Source: a virus | Lineage: Duplodnaviria > Caudoviricetes | Strand: one strand, 5' to 3' | IMG/VR virus record: IMGVR_UViG_3300020190_000004 | DNA length: 64,000 nucleotides | Shown: one piece after another, positions 62,557 to 64,000 of the stretch | Position numbering within the stretch: the stretch's first letter is position 1 | How the letters are laid out: each line of letters starts with the position of its first letter | Translations under genes and position numbers: made by a program | The notes under the pieces: generated by a model | Database searches by the model: none | Told to the model about the DNA's origin: nothing | Seen by the model: only the letters and a program-made list of their open reading frames with translations

Positions 62557-63083
62557 TCTCTTGCTACAGTATTTATCATCTCTTCGTGTTCAGGGTGCCA
62601 CTGCACAGCAAACTGATTTTTCCAACGAACAGCTTCAATGATGCCATCGTTCGTTTTATCTAGGCATTCCCAAGAATTTGGTAAAGATGAATAACCTTGA
62701 TGATGACGAGAATTTGTTATAAGTCCTAGTTGAGTAGTGTGCCAAGAAGACTGCCCACGCCAATCCCCTGTTATAGTTGTGTGCATATACTCTTTTGTTA
62801 TAGCTGGAATATGTTCAATAAGAAAGGCATCATGCATGTGTAACATTAGTTGCAAACCACGGCATATACCTAAAACGGGTTTTTTGCGAAAAGTCCAACT
62901 TTCATATAGCCTAAATTCTTCGCGATCTCTTTCAACACGCATTCCTAAATCAGAGCCGCCTGGTAAAAGAAGAACTTCAGCATCTTTTATATCAGATTCT
63001 ATAAAGCCCGCTTCTGTCATCAAGTCTTGGTAAGGTCTAATCTTTAAGGGCCAGTCACCAGTTGGTATGTAGTACTTTTTCAT
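62517..63083 (-). CDS. Peptidase C26/gamma-glutamyl hydrolase-like class I GATase
   Basis: [39 protein letters not shown]. Confidence 0.85.
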   Translation of the reverse strand: MKKYYIPTGDWPLKIRPYQDLMTEAGFIESDIKDAEVLLLPGGSDLGMRVERDREEFRLYESWTFRKKPVLGICRGLQLMLHMHDAFLIEHIPAITKEYMHTTITGDWRGQSSWHTTQLGLITNSRHHQGYSSLPNSWECLDKTNDGIIEAVRWKNQFAVQWHPEHEEMINTVARDWWIMNARNIAGL

Positions 63084-64000
63084 AGAGACTCTACAATCGT
63101 ATTTAGTGTGTATGTGAAACTAGTTGGAAGAGGGTCTTCTCTTTCAGGGGGTACAACATCATCGGCGAAACCCACAACCAAAAAAGTATCGCAGGCAGTA
63201 AAGGGGTCTGTAAGCTCAAAATCGAGTTCAAAACAAACTGTTCCATTCTTTTCAAAAGTCTTTCCACTGCCTGCTAAAAGAGTTAGAGGTAAAGGGTCAT
63301 CGGGTCCAGCGATTCTCAAATCCTCACAGGTGTAAGAAAACAAACCGAATGAAAAACGATAGTCTTCATAGGCATGAGGGTTATACGCATTTCCACACAA
63401 AGTTATTATAGATCCCAGCGGCAAATTTCTCGGAATGGGCACACCGCAGTGGTGAGACCCTATTGAAATCTCGGGAGTTGCGGGATCGAAGAACACGTCC
63501 CACTTATTCCCATTCCAGCCATAGGTTCCGTTGCCTATGTATACATTTCCAGGATCAAAGATGGAATAATGACCCGAGTTTGATGCAACTAAATTATATT
63601 CGGTTCCGCCGCCGCCTGTAGGCCCTGTAACTCCTGTAGGGCCTGTAACTCCTGTAACTCCTTGGGGGCCTGTAGGTCCAGTAACTCCTTGGGCACCCGT
63701 GGGTCCTGTAACTCCTTGAGAACCCGTGGGTCCAGTAGCACCCGTAGGGCCTGTAGCACCCGTAGGGCCAGTAACTCCTGTAACTCCTTGAGAACCCGTG
63801 GGTCCTGTAACTCCTTGGGCACCCGTGGGTCCTGTAACTCCTTGAGGGCCAGTTGGGCCTGTAACTCCTTGAGGGCCTGTAACTCCCTGAATTCCTTGAG
63901 GGCCAGTTGGGCCTGTAACTCCTTGAGGGCCTGTAACTCCCTGAATTCCTTGAGGGCCAGTTGGGCCTGTAACTCCTTGAGGGCCTGTAGGTCCCTTAAG
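63080..64000 (-). CDS. Collagen-like tail fibre/whisker protein, C-terminal part (starts beyond the window)
   Basis: Continuous frame from 64000: [15 protein letters not shown]...[10 protein letters not shown]...[11 protein letters not shown]...; the 63080-63496 ORF is its C-terminal domain. Confidence 0.8.
   Translation of the reverse strand, partial: LKGPTGPQGVTGPTGPQGIQGVTGPQGVTGPTGPQGIQGVTGPQGVTGPTGPQGVTGPTGAQGVTGPTGSQGVTGVTGPTGATGPTGATGPTGSQGVTGPTGAQGVTGPTGPQGVTGVTGPTGVTGPTGGGGTEYNLVASNSGHYSIFDPGNVYIGNGTYGWNGNKWDVFFDPATPEISIGSHHCGVPIPRNLPLGSIITLCGNAYNPHAYEDYRFSFGLFSYTCEDLRIAGPDDPLPLTLLAGSGKTFEKNGTVCFELDFELTDPFTACDTFLVVGFADDVVPPEREDPLPTSFTYTLNTIVESL
63610..63995 (-). repeat. Gly-X-Y coding repeats (GPT/GPQ/GVT)
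   Basis: Repeated 9-nt units such as GGAGTTACA, GGCCCTCAA. Confidence 0.9.

Noticed and set aside
63589-63822. 77-aa [18 protein letters not shown]
   Set aside because: Alternative frame of the Gly-X-Y repeat; the true frame is continuous from 64000 to 63080.
1-64000. Stop-codon reassignment as in Lak or some crAss-like phages
   Set aside because: Long conserved genes (MCP, TROVE, helicase) are intact and coding density is high under the standard code.
1-64000. Cellular (bacterial chromosome) origin suggested by tmRNA, sigma, SlyD and LPS-type genes
   Set aside because: gp23/gp21/baseplate genes, dense small ORFs, single-strand bias and phage-type promoters indicate a large phage carrying host-like genes.

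Overview
AT-rich, gene-dense 64-kb segment of a large T4-like (myovirus-type, jumbo-class) bacteriophage, almost entirely on the minus strand and read in the standard genetic code. A Bacteroidota host is inferred from a tmRNA resume codon for Gly, a T9SS type-B sorting-domain protein, a DUF4494-like ORF and the lack of obvious Shine-Dalgarno sites. The window holds baseplate genes, a gp23-like major capsid gene and a gp21-like prohead protease fused to a scaffold. It also has a GH19 endolysin, many glycosyltransferases, a probable cytosine-hypermodification cluster (T4 gp42-like enzyme, dNMP kinase, C5-MTase-like protein, BGT-like transferase, NTP-transferase/kinase, HAD), an ECF sigma factor, a Ro60/TROVE gene, a tmRNA and DNA-repair genes. 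Main unexplained signals: (1) two tandem Y-RNA-like hairpin RNAs upstream of the Ro60 gene; (2) an ncRNA cluster with a 35-codon-tag tmRNA, two anticodon-defective tRNA-like RNAs and an unidentified ~200-nt structured RNA; (3) more than 20 ORFs with a shared T4 capsid-targeting-like N-terminal peptide, including SET, LicD, CapA and ParB-like enzymes; (4) three recurrent promoter classes and two apparent nested genes. All family assignments come from motif recognition by eye, without database searches.
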